64,000 bases of DNA from Paragordius varius (taxonomy: Eukaryota; Animalia; Nematomorpha). This document shows, in pieces, positions 41,902 to 53,893 of this stretch. A program made the translations under genes and the position numbers. The stretch lies in assembly GCA_964247055.1 (NCBI GenBank), contig OZ176054.1, positions 7,068,001 to 7,132,000 on the forward strand, read 5' to 3'. Positions within the stretch are counted from its first letter, which is position 1. The number at the start of each line of letters is the position of its first letter. The notes under the pieces are model-generated. The model saw nothing but the letters and a program-made list of their open reading frames with translations. It searched no databases and was not told the origin of the DNA.

Positions 41902-44900
41902 GGCCCAAAGAGCATTAAGCCGTGGAAGTGATCAAACGTAAGATTTTTTAATAAACAATATTTTCAACTTATTATCACCAAAAATTTTGAATTTTTATCG
42001 TTAATGTAATTTATATTGGGTTTATTTTTATTTGCAATTACTCATTAACTTATAGTCAACGCTATTAAATATTAAATTGAATCAGATATTACTTGCCATG
42101 GATTCGAAATTAGTTAAAAGCATATTTTTTAAAAATATATTTGGGCCATCCTCCATATTTAATTTTGAAATAATTTTGTTAGGATGGAAGAACCCGAAAC
42201 AAAATTGAAAAATACTCCTGCACCCCTTAATTGTAATATGCAAATTTTAAATTCCAACAAATCGCTCATTAACGAAGCCAACGTCGGTGATCAACTCATG
42301 TTTTACCTCCAATGTTCTGGTAAGTCTGCTAATAAAAATTCAATTGTAGATTGTGTTAATTTTTCTGTTATCATCGAATTTGCCCATTTGTATTTTTAAA
42401 TTCTAGGTAGTATTAAATTCATATTTTTGAGAAACATGGACAAGAAACAATAATTTAACTTACACCTTTATTGAATTTGTGAGATTCTTAATTATCCATA
42501 TTTTAACTTTGAAACCACGAAATATATTAGTTTTAAATCTACTTTGATAACTGAAAAGGATTCAATACATTTAACCTGCGATTGTAGGCCAATATATATA
42601 TATATATATATATTTCCAACTGTTTCTTTTTTCATAAAATATCGAGTTTCATATATGAAAATTGATTTTTCATTTTATTTGGTAAACAGATAGCTCTTAT
42701 GGATTATTTGGGTACGATTGTTGGGCCCGAAACGTATTAGATAAGGATCAAAGCGTACAACTCGTGGATGAAGATGGGTAATTTATACGCCAAATTTAAT
42801 GTTTTATTTTAATTTTTTATGTTTGACAAAGTTTACCCATAGTAATCCAATATGTCAATAAAAAAATTGAGTATTGTTGAATATACACATTTCCAATAAA
42901 TACTTAATAGTTTTGTCTTTATAACTGTAACTTATCCTATAAATTTAGATGCTCAAAGGATCCAACTCTGGTACAAAACTTCCAAAAAGAAGAAAATTCG
43001 AATGCAATATTTTCGCTTTTTAGAGCCTTCAAATTCCCATTTGATGCTAACATTCGATTTGAATGTCGAATCAAGCCTTGTATAGGCCCCTGTGAGCCGG
43101 TAAGAATTAAAATTCATAAAATTCATAAATTATTACATATTTTATAAAATCCCAAATTATGTTTCATAGACTGAATGTCAAGATTCTGATATAACGTATG
43201 GAAAGAAAAGGAAAAAACGTAGTATTGTCAATGCGGGTCAAATGATACCCTCCAATACTATATCACTTAAGGCAACTGGTATGAGTTTAGGAAAATTGAC
43301 TCCCGTTAAAATTGACACAAAAATTATAAATGGCGATAATATTAAACCAAATGTTACCGATTTACAGCAACGAAAAAGTAAAAAAGATAAAAATAGTAAA
43401 TCTTTCCATAAATATCAAGAAGTGAATAATAGCACCTATAATATTCGTAATGATAAAACACGGCATAAAAATGGTAAAACAGAACTGAACAAACATATAA
43501 AACACCTCCCGCCTGCAAACGTTATCGTTTCACAAGAGAAAATTTTGTTTAGCGTAATATCCATCAAAAATCCTAAGCCCCAAGTTACAGAGGAAAGCGT
43601 CATATACGACCGAAAAAGAGATGAGTTATCTAATTCCAAAGATAGATCTTACCTAGAAAGGGATAGTGGTGATTGGGGTATGTTTATATTTTTGCTACTC
43701 CCTAATAACAATTTTTATATGGGTAAAAAAATTTAGATAAATTTTTACATGGATATTTTGTGTATATATATTTATAGTTATAAAACCAGTCAAAATTAAT
43801 TTACGGAATTTCAAACGTTTTCCCAATGGCACCCGTCCATCCCTCATAATGTATTCAAACAAACTTATGCGGAAACCCAAAACAAACAAAGGCACCAAAC
43901 ATAACAATGATGATTATTCCACTTTTAGACCTAAGCAACAGGAATCCACTTACACTTACCTCAAAGCGCGATCAAATTTCTCCATTCAAAATTTATTGCT
44001 AACCAACTCTAGTGCCGATATTTTCACAGATATTATTGCTGGAGTAAAAGCAAAAAGAAAAAATGAACAACACCTCAAGGATTACTTTGACTTTATTGAA
44101 AGTGATACAGACAATAACCCAAATATTGATGGTATATAACTTATATAATTATACAGCCAAAATGTAAAAACATAAAAACAACTATTTCTTTCAAAAGACA
44201 AAGTTCATTTTTCAAAACTTGATTTAACGGCATAAACTAATAAAAACTTTGCAAAATATAATTGAGTATGTTAACTATTTACACTATTCCCTATTTTTTA
44301 ATTTAAAACAATGGGAGTGAAAAAATCAAGGATTTAATTAGTATGGTTGTCTTTTAGAACAGGGATGTCCAAAACGCTTTTTTCGGCACACAAAAAGTGT
44401 ATTAAAAAAATGTTAAAAAAATAGAAATGGAGTACAAAAAGATATTTTCGATTATTTAGAGGATATTCAAAATTGGGTAAAATAAATTAAAACATAAAGA
44501 AATGATCAAAGCAGCCGGGGAAATACTTGTGTACATCCCTGTTTTAGAAATATAGAGTGGTGTTTTAGTTTTCAAGCCTTGTTCGTATATTACTATAATA
44601 ATAATAATTGTTAACCTGCTTACTAACTTGTATAATGACGATATCTATATTTTAGGTATTTTGCTGCATCATGCGACGCATTTTTATTAAGGTTTTAATA
44701 GCAAAAACAAAAGTTTGATAAAGGGTGAGCAATTTCACACAAAAATTCATAAATATATACTCATTCAGTCTTTACTATCTAAATATCTATTTATTAGCGA
44801 TTATGCCGGCAACGCATATCTTACGCTAAAACTTAATTTTAATATAGTTATCAATAGCAATCAATGTTTTATATTTTTACACTTTTAACAAAATTAGATA

Positions 44901-45559
44901 TTACAAATGATATACAGCATCAAGAGCTTAAAAGCCTAGCCGACCTTGACATAGACGATAACCATGGTATTCATGCCGTTCCAATTACCTGTGTAAAACC
45001 AAAACAAATTTTCCTATTCGTCGGACTGAGCATCCTGATAATATTGATAGTTCTTACCATTGGGTTTGTATATGTGCAGTATGGGAAAGGAAAACATTCT
45101 TCACTAAGTCTCAATGGTGGTAGCTCTATGTCAACCCTAACTTTTCAAAGCAATCCAAACCACGAATGCTCCGCAAATAGGTTTTTCCCCTGGCGTAATC
45201 AATGGCGGAACAATATGGAAAACGAAAATTTATGTAAAGATAATCATCACGCATACTATGTAAGTACACTGGCTACCCTAAACCAAAGCCATGCTAAAAA
45301 CTTTCCATCTCAAGCCATGATGGATTATACAGCAACACCGCCATTCTTTAACAGAGTAAATGTTCCCTCTTACAATATACCCTGCGAAGTTATAGATAGG
45401 GCGTCGTCCTCTGACAAAATAATTACTAAAAACAATAAGAAAGAAGGAAGAAAAGAAATACGAAAAATTAATAAAATAGGTAAAGAATCTACCCAACCTA
45501 CATCCTGGGTTATACAAGATAATTGTGTTGGGTATGTGCACGATGTTCAATCGAATTAA
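41902..45559 (+). CDS. Duplicated 3' exon cassette (ZP-C, furin site, spacer, TM, cytoplasmic tail) of the EGF/ZP gene; open reading frames and splice sites intact
   Basis: Exons 41902-41937, 42183-42319, 42690-42777, 42949-43099, 43170-43677, 43778-44131, 44898-45559, all AG/GT-flanked with the same phases as copy A. The only exonic indels are two 3-nt deletions. No signal peptide of its own. The preceding exon fragment 41748-41814 has no acceptor. Confidence 0.75.
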
Positions 45560-46724
45560 TTTTAATTTTATTATTATAAAAAAGTATTTGGCAGACAATC
45601 TATTTACTACTGATTGGTGATATTTATATAATATCAGTTTTGTATTTTTAAAATATTATGTCGTTTATGTACATTTGCAAATGTTATTTAAATTTCAACT
45701 ATTATTTTGGCGACAATCATATGCTATTTTTACTCAAAATTATCAAATATTTAATTTTTTAAATTCAAACCATGTTTATTATTGAATATAGTTTTACAAT
45801 ATCACATATATATATTTAATTGCATTTGTATTACTTAATGTCTATAAATGTTCAATAAATTACTACTTAACAAATTTATAATAACATATTTTATATAAAC
45901 CATTACCTTGATTTATACGTCTAGACATCAACATATTTGCCTTAAGCGTAAAAACAATTTGGAATATTGGATATTGAATTAATATATTGAACAATTTAAT
46001 AGGTTATTTGTTCAATTAAATAACAACAATTAAAAATATCAATAATATTATCTTAACAAATTCAATTTTCAAGGACTATAGATAATGAAAGTCATAAAAT
46101 TTTGGTAAATAGTTTATATCCGTTCAGGCATAGTTAGGTAGTAACGTTCAATCTTGATACAATGGCCATAGCAACTTCTGGTCGGAGCCTTTCGACTGTT
46201 ACAATAAAAAAGTAAGAACCATTTTAAATAAATTATGCATTACAAAATTATATTGTAGCGGTGTATGATTATGAGATATTCGTATTATTGAGTAAAAGTA
46301 ACCAATTGATTATTTATGTCTTAAGTGCAATAATTATTAATATATTTTTTTACCATAACGTTTTTTGAACATGACTCAGCTTGGAATAGCGATCATTTGC
46401 TTTTGCCATTATTTTTGCCAGGTTTAGTCATAAGTTTTTATCGGTTTTTGGTGAAAAACTAATTTTGAAAGGTCTTTTATACCATTTGCACTTCAAGAGT
46501 GTCCTTAACACTTCAAGTTGGTCCTTGAAATTTCAAGTTGGTTCTTGAACACCTCAAGCCTTAAACACTTCAAGTTGTTCTTCATCTTTTTACTTTGTTT
46601 TTAACTTTACTCAATCAAACCATGTATCGTCATCCTTTTTATCATTACTACTATTCTCTTTATTTCTAAACTTTTTTAATATCAACTTTTTATCATTCAG
46701 AAACCGTATATCTTTATTGATTTA

Positions 46725-47265
46725 TTAAACAGCGACACCCCAGTAAAAGTAGTAAATGAAATCCTATTCTTAGGCTCTCTAAAAGTTATCAACGGATTCT
46801 CCACGCTAGATATTAAACGCCGCATATCATTAGGAAAGTCAGCTGCGAACAAGTTGACTAAATATGGATTATAAAGATATCACTATGAAAACTAAAGCCA
46901 GAGTAATGAAATGCATGGTTTTCCGGTAGCTATGCTGCCGAAAGGACACAAAACTGAATGATAAAAAAGGATTGTAGCATTTGAAATGTGGTGTTGGAGG
47001 AGAATGTTGAATTTAGATGATCTGAGAAGATTATAAATGAAACAATAAGAGAACAATTTATATTGAGAGTCATTTAATGGGATCTATAATAAAAAGGATG
47101 TTCACGTATATTGGACACATTTTTAAAAGTACATCCGTTAAGATGGATTTGATTTTTGAGAAATTGAAGGGAAAAGAAAAAAAGGGACACCGATGTTAAG
47201 ATGGCTGGACAATGTGAAGAGGAATCTGGTAGATAGTATAATAATAGCATGCGAAGAGGCGAGAA
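46725..47265 (+). mobile_element. RTE-clade non-LTR retrotransposon 3' fragment nested in the MITE of copy B only
   Basis: Translation fragments LFLGSL…DIKRRISLGKSAANKLTK, DITMKTKARVMKCMVF, KRIVAFEMWCWRRML, FTYIGHI. Frameshifted. Absent from copy A (39770-39840). Confidence 0.85.
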
Positions 47266-48102
47266 TTGGTCATTTTTATTTCCAAGGGGTCGAACTCAAC
47301 CTAAAGAATTACCTACCTATAAAATTTAAGTTTTTTGGTTTAATTACAATTTGTTTGTTAAAAACGTTAAGAATTAAATGATTTTGTTGAGTTGAAAAAA
47401 ATATTTCGAAACAAAAAAGTCTCTTTTACCTGAAAATTATTAATTTTAAAAGAATATATATATATATATAATAAAATTTAAGGTAAAATAATAAAATAAA
47501 AAAACTTGCAAAAATTATGGTTTAATACAACTTGAAAAAATTAAGGACTAACTTAAAGTGTTCAAGGACATTCTTGAAGTGCAAATGGTATATTTATTAT
47601 ATCCAAAATATTGTACATAGGCGTTTACACATTTAAGAGTTCAGCGAATGCGAAAGAATTTTCCATCAAGTTTGAAAGGTTTTGCTATGTGAGACAAAGC
47701 ATTTATGTCGCAAAATCACTTTGCCATGTCTTCTGGCCGATTCTGGTTGTTTTTTGCTTAATGCAAGGCTAAAATTACATTTGTTGGCGATAGCGTTGTG
47801 TATTAACGGGTTCAGCGGGTTTCGAAATTGCATAATACATAATATCGTTCTTATCCCATCAGGCAGAGAGCACTCTTGCCAAAGCGATCTGGCATTTGTG
47901 TTAATGAACTCGCTTAGAAAATAATACGCTAGTTTTTTAAGAACTCAACTTATGTCTATCGTTTAATGTCCGATGAATGAAATGGGGTTATCAAATAATC
48001 ATCTGCGTACTATTCGTAGATGTAATACCTTAGTTAAACCGATAATAAATAAAGACTTTACTGTTAAGTATATAAACCTGATAGATTTAATTAGGTGTTT
48101 TG

Positions 48103-48134
<32 letters not shown>

Positions 48135-51079
48135 CAAAATAAATCAGATAATCTTTTAAATATACAAAAAAATTAAATAAAACACAATATCGGGACCTGA
48201 TTCTATAATTTTACGAAATTTGTGAATAGGTAACTGACCTAGATATTATATGGAGTTTGCTATTTACTAAAATTTCATAAAACTAATAAAACATATGCAC
48301 ATCTATTTTTTAAACAGCTATATTCTGTAACCCATATCATTATTTTTTCCAGTATTGCTCTAGAGCCGATTCAGATATAAATTATTATATAAGTATCTAT
48401 GATATTGGGCCAAAAACTATGCATTCTAAGGGATCAAATTTAGCCCTTAACAGTTAACTAAAAAATTAAGCCTTTTTAATATTAAAGAATATAATCTTAT
48501 TTTTACAAAAACAACTTTCACAAATATATTATGTTATAAGTAAGCTCTGGGCAAATACATCCCAATATGTGACCGCGTACAAAAGTGAAAAAGTAATAGC
48601 TGTTAAAATAATTATGGCCTCATATTTATCCATCAGCGCTTATTAAAAATAATATTAGATAATTATAAGTAAAAATCACTGCTAATTTCCATTAATTATT
48701 CTGTGATTGATAATGTTTAAAATATAGCAATATATTTTGTCGAGATGTAAATTTATATTTTTCGTTTTTTCTTGCTTTAAGTCAATCATATTGCTATTTA
48801 AAGAAACGATATCTAATAATATTAGGACAAATTAGCAATGTGTTAATATTCATTTTCAAAAAATGCTGTTAAGGTCCCCTTAAATTATATAAAATACAAG
48901 CACGGTACTGGAAAATATCTCGAAAAAGTTCTTGTTTAAAAATTCGAATCTTTCATTTCAATAAAAAAGAGTTAAAATATATAGTCCCAATAATAAAAAT
49001 TACAAATAATTAAGCCAAAATTGAAATATATTTACCAAATCCACCTGCTGTAATACTGATTAAAAATATAACAAGTATGCACAATCCATGATAACAATTT
49101 ATAAATAATCGGATATACATAAGGCGTAAAAACAAAAAATTAAATTGATTTAATATATTTTGGCCAAAACACTTTTTGCTTAAAATAATAAACAAGTTTA
49201 TGCATAGTAACAGATTAACATAGGTCGACAAAAACAATTATAATGTTCATATATTTGTAATTTTAATATTAATAAATCCGAGCTTTTTCATACTTCAAAC
49301 AATTTCAATTTATATGAAATATGAGGGAGGATGGTAACTATTTCAAGGATATATACATGTGGCTAAAGTCGTTGTCGATTTATACCTTTTTCGTTGATTT
49401 ATGTGCGCCAATTTTCTCTGTTATAAGTAATGGATATAAGTTTATGTAAATGTGTTTTAAGTTAAATTTTCCGTCCAACGTATTTTACAGCGACCGCATC
49501 TTCGTTTCTCCTCTAAGTTGCTTTTTATATGATACAGATTTTTTGCTCTAACGGTCAGTGTCTTACGATATCTTTGTTTTAAAACAATGACCAGATAGAG
49601 CCATTATGGGTTTGTTTTTCGAAGAATTACCGAGTTTTCTTATCATGAAAGGGGTGGTGCCCACTGTAGCCAACATTTTTTAATCATAGCACTACCTGGC
49701 TAAATTATTATAATTAATATAGTAATTATGATATCGATTAATATTAGCGAATAATGAGAAATTTTTTTTAAACAATACGCTTTCTAGCCATAAAATACAT
49801 CTTTACAATGGTTTAGAAATTTAATTAAATGTGTAAATGGCGAAGTTTTGGCGACTAATTGATTTTGCAATCAACGTTTTTTCAATTCAAATTAAATCAA
49901 TCATAATAATTTGACTCTCCAGAAGTGCAAATTAATAACCAAATACGAGCAGAAAATCTATAATTATTGGGTTATTTATAATAGTTAAAATTATAAACGA
50001 AATATGTATTTTTTCCTGATGTTGACTAAATCAATGCGCCTATAATGCGCCTACCAATTAATTAAATTTTTAAAAACCGCGCCAGCTAACACCGTCGCCG
50101 CGTTGCTCCGTCGTTCCGTTTTGAATATAAAAATTAGTTGGGTTAAAATTAAAAACCCAGAAAATATGGTTTATAATTTTGATGAATAAATGTTTAAAAA
50201 AATTATCCATTTTTATCAAATTATTTTTTTGATAATATAGCATACATTAAAAATTCTAATCGCGAATTCTTGCCTTTTTGCCTATATTCTAAGAATAATA
50301 ACCCATTTAAAAGGTGGAAAAATTTTGTATCTTTGGAGCCTACACTTAAAAAATAAAACTTTATAAAAATATTTTATCGTATAATATAGTTTATAATGTA
50401 TTTAAATCTCGTGGAATAAGGTCTCTCTCTACCTTTTACCAAAAAAAGTTGCATAATGTGCTCTTTTGCGATATTCCCACATAGAACAATTATTACAAAA
50501 GTGTAAATAATTTTAAATCCGATTAATGTACGCAAATTTCTTAATTACCACAACAGTGAAATTCCTTATATTTGCGATCCTAAAATCAAAGGCACCTTGC
50601 AAACTTCTATATATTTCTCTATCAATATATTTTATCTTTTGTATTCCTAATTTTGTGCACTTGTAATTATTAGTCTCAATTTTAATATTATGTAAAAATC
50701 ATGAAAGAAAAATAATTGATTAGGATCTAAAACGGTTTTGATTTATAATACATTTATTGCAACTTAAGCAGTTGGAAACAAATATTCCTTTGATTCTAAT
50801 TAGAGTAGGACTTCAGGACTGGTTAAATTCATATATTCCTTAAAAAATGTTACAAATTAAAATCATTGCAAAGTTTGATCTTATATAACATTGATGGACC
50901 GAAAAATTAAAAAAGATTTATTTTAAAAAATTGAATATTCCTTATTTATGGATAAATCTGAAAGGAAAAATTTAGCCAACAAAACATGTGTACATTAACT
51001 AAATATAATTGCAATATAACCACTTTTTCTATTTGCATCAATGTTATATGTGATTTGAATAACTTTAGCGTTATAATTA

Positions 51080-51803
51080 TATGAACACGATATTTTGCAT
51101 AAATGTTGTAAAATAAAAATGACGTCAGAGTACTTTTATATATAATTTTTTTATAATTTGGATATTTTTACTTATTTAGCTGATTTTCATTAGGATAAAA
51201 GCATAAATTCAAAATGGGACCGTTTCTTTCAGTAGTTTTAGAAAATAACAACTTTACTATAATACCCCAATTTAAATCGTATGTTAATACTTGGACACAA
51301 CACAACAGTCATTAGATTCAAATTGAGGTTGTTGGATACCTCAGCCCTGTTTTAAATTCTTTAAAAAATATGGAAGGAATCGAAACCATGCCAAAATTTT
51401 GCACTTATATAACTTTAATATTCCGAATATATAATACTTTTAAAAAAATACTTAATATTACTTATTTAAAAAAAACCCAAAAGGAAACATTTAGTAAACG
51501 TGAGATGTGTGCAATGGTAAAATTAAAAAATAATACAAAATAAATCACTTTTTCTGTTTCTATCAATTTTAGATGTCATTATAAAAAATTCGCTAGCATT
51601 TTAGCTTTAAATATACAAAATAAAAATGGGGTCGATGTAGATTGACATCGAACTCTTTTTTTAAAACAAATTTTTATTTAGATGTTTTGTAATATTTATA
51701 TAATTTTTATTATGATAGAAGCATAAATTTATACTAGGATGGTTTCTTTCAGTAGTTTTTTAAAAATCCTAACTCAAATTAAGTCTGAGGTGTTTAGATA
51801 CCC
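51080..51803. repeat. Inverted homolog of the 6755-7820 repeat, directly upstream of PPIL1
   Basis: tctatcaattttagatgtcatt (~51559-51580) is the reverse complement of aatgacatctaaaattgataga (~7526-7547). ~51600-51803 is reverse-complementary to ~6950-7150. Confidence 0.7.
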
Positions 51804-51893
51804 TAAATCGAACTGTTAAAGGTCTAAAAGACATCCAATGTAATTGTTCAATTGATGGATTGAATGAATGTAAGCTCCCTCTAACCAACAAGC

Positions 51894-52563
51894 ATGTTAA
51901 GTGCTTATAGCGATAATATTCCAGATATAAATTGGCAACCACAATTTGTTTCTATGGAGACAACGTATTTCTAATATAATCATTTAGTATGGGTCAATTT
52001 TCTATAGAATTATATTGGAAGCATACACCCAACACTTGCCGGAATTTTGCTGAACTAGCAAGAAAAGGATATTACGACAATACCATAATTCATCGCATAA
52101 TTACAGACTTTATTGTTCAGGGTGGTGATCCTACCGGCACAGGTTTTTTTATACCTTATGTTAGGTCATGGTGGTGCATCTATATATGGAAAATATTTTA
52201 ATGATGAAATTCATCCTGATCTAAGGCATACTGGTAATTTTTTTGACGCAAACTTATTCAACTTTTTAACAAATAATTGCTAAGTATTCAAAATAAAACA
52301 AGGTCACATTATTGCATCAACATTATATATTTATTCTTATAGGAGCTGGAATCATTGCTATGGCCAATAGTGGACCAAATACAAATGGAAGTCAATTTTA
52401 CATTACGTTAGCTCCTGCGCAACACTTAGATGGAAAACATACAATTTTCGGCCGAATTTCTAAAGGTATGGGTGTTATCAAAAAAATGGGTATGTTACCA
52501 ACTGATGAAAATGATAAACCCACGGAAGATATAATTATATATAGAGCGAATGTTTTATCTTAA
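51894..52563 (+). CDS. PPIL1: Peptidyl-prolyl cis-trans isomerase-like 1 (spliceosomal cyclophilin), 171 aa
   Basis: Exons 51894-51964, 51988-52142, 52165-52233, 52343-52563 (516 nt). Translation …[124 protein letters not shown]… has the PPIL1-type WQP…LELYWKH signature. Confidence 0.95.
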
Positions 52564-53334
52564 CACTATATGTACTTGTAAATAAATATAAATGTATAAA
52601 ATATATCCTATACCATTGAACATACATTCAAATTCTGTTGATTTTATCTGATCCTATCTTAAAATAAATATTTAATATTCAATTAAATAATGTCGATGTC
52701 CTTAATTTTCCGCAACTTCGAATGTCGTTTTAAAAATTATTGGAAAATCTCCAGCCATTTTATTAAATTTTTTGCAATAGGCTCGATATGAATTAGTACG
52801 TGTTAAACAAGGTAATAATTTTTAAGAATTCGGTTCCCCAATTTTCAAATAAATATCTTTACGGTATCATAATTATGTTAACTGCATATTATGTAACCAA
52901 AGTGATTATCAGAGATGCTGCTCATAAGTAAAAAACAAAAAAATTATATTTCAAATAAGTTTTTTCAATCCTAAACTCTTTACATATTGTTATCTGAATT
53001 TATGTTTCGCTAACTTTGTAGAATTATATAGTGAATTAAAGTTATGCGCATCTTTGAGTTTTAATTTGAAAAACAAAAATGAAACTGCTATACACATACC
53101 AACGTTTTAGGGGTCAAATATTTTGCGAACGAAAATATTATATTTGCCCATAAGATATTTAAATAAGAAATAATTATTAGCTCATATTAAGAAATATCAG
53201 TAAACATTAATTAATGTGCTCGGTATTCTGATATATTTTTTAGAATAACAGTTTAATTTTATCATTTATAATTGGCGCTTAAAAACTTGGATTCAACAAT
53301 GCTTGAGAGTATTATATACAAAATTTATTAACAT

Positions 53335-53844
53335 TTAATTGGAAAGGCCTTGCTTACAGGCTTGAATATGATTTTCTAAAAAACTTTGTCTTGGTATGTA
53401 TGTTCCAGTGACGCCAAATAACAAACGAGATCTACGATATTTCAATATATCTTGATTTAAAGGTAGTATATCCCGATTGTTAAATTTGACTTTTTTAATA
53501 ACCTTTTGAGGTATATCCGAATCCTCCTCATTATGTGATAAAACTTCATTTATGTAAGGTTGGGTGAGTGAAACTGTAAGTTTATTAATGGCTTTAATTT
53601 TCTTAGCTATTTTTGGTTGAATTAACTTTTTTATCGCCTCTTCGGATAATTTAGATTTGTTAATGGCCATATTTTTTGCTTTTTTATTTTTCATAAGATT
53701 AATGTGAGATTTTATGGTATCATCTTTGGCATGTATAATGTCCTTTCCTTTTGAAAAACTAATAGATTCTGGTATATCGTCATATAATTCTTTAGTTTCT
53801 TCTAACTTCTGCAAACTACCATAATAATGTTTTCGAGTTTTCAT
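53335..53844 (-). CDS. Intronless lysine-rich 169-aa protein, tentatively NOL7/Bud21(Utp16)-like nucleolar SSU-processome component
   Basis: ATG-initiated open frame. DDIPESISFSKGK … KSKLSEEAIKKL resembles, from memory, the D-x-P-E-E-x-[TS]-F … KLLP-x-x-IL-x-x-L pattern of NOL7/Bud21 N-termini, and the C-terminal RSRLLFG…IPRQSFL resembles the NUC129 region. The family call is not verified. Confidence 0.6.
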   Translation of the reverse strand: MKTRKHYYGSLQKLEETKELYDDIPESISFSKGKDIIHAKDDTIKSHINLMKNKKAKNMAINKSKLSEEAIKKLIQPKIAKKIKAINKLTVSLTQPYINEVLSHNEEDSDIPQKVIKKVKFNNRDILPLNQDILKYRRSRLLFGVTGTYIPRQSFLENHIQACKQGLSN

Positions 53845-53893
53845 GCTTTAATTTTGAATGATTTTATGAACATATGGAAATATAAGACATTCC
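53845..53893. promoter_or_regulatory. Putative minimal bidirectional promoter region between the NOL7-like ORF and USP5
   Basis: Only 49 nt separate the two divergent ATGs (53844 minus, 53894 plus). Inferred from geometry only. Confidence 0.45.

Larger units (their letters stand above)
34737..48723 (+). repeat. Direct tandem duplication, unit ~7.0 kb: copy A 34737-41747, copy B 41748-48723
   Basis: Copy B starts aatcctttaccattatgtgtaattatcc (as at 34737) and is colinear through exons, introns, 3' flank, MITE, mariner relic and distal non-coding DNA (e.g. 41540-41745 vs 48520-48723). Confidence 0.93.

Noticed and set aside
42184-42399. Copy B as an independent gene starting at MEEPETK
   Set aside because: That Met is internal to an exon with an intact acceptor and there is no signal peptide, so a stand-alone type I membrane protein is implausible.
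47281-47305. B-box-like motif (reverse complement ggttgagttcgacccc) suggesting a tRNA or SINE
   Set aside because: No A box or cloverleaf could be built. No tRNA or rRNA gene was found anywhere in the window.
50055-50125. GC-rich island accgcgccagctaacaccgtcgccgcgttgctccgtcgttccg, possible Helitron 3' hairpin or ncRNA
   Set aside because: No clean hairpin plus CTRR end, single copy in the window, no recognisable ncRNA motif.
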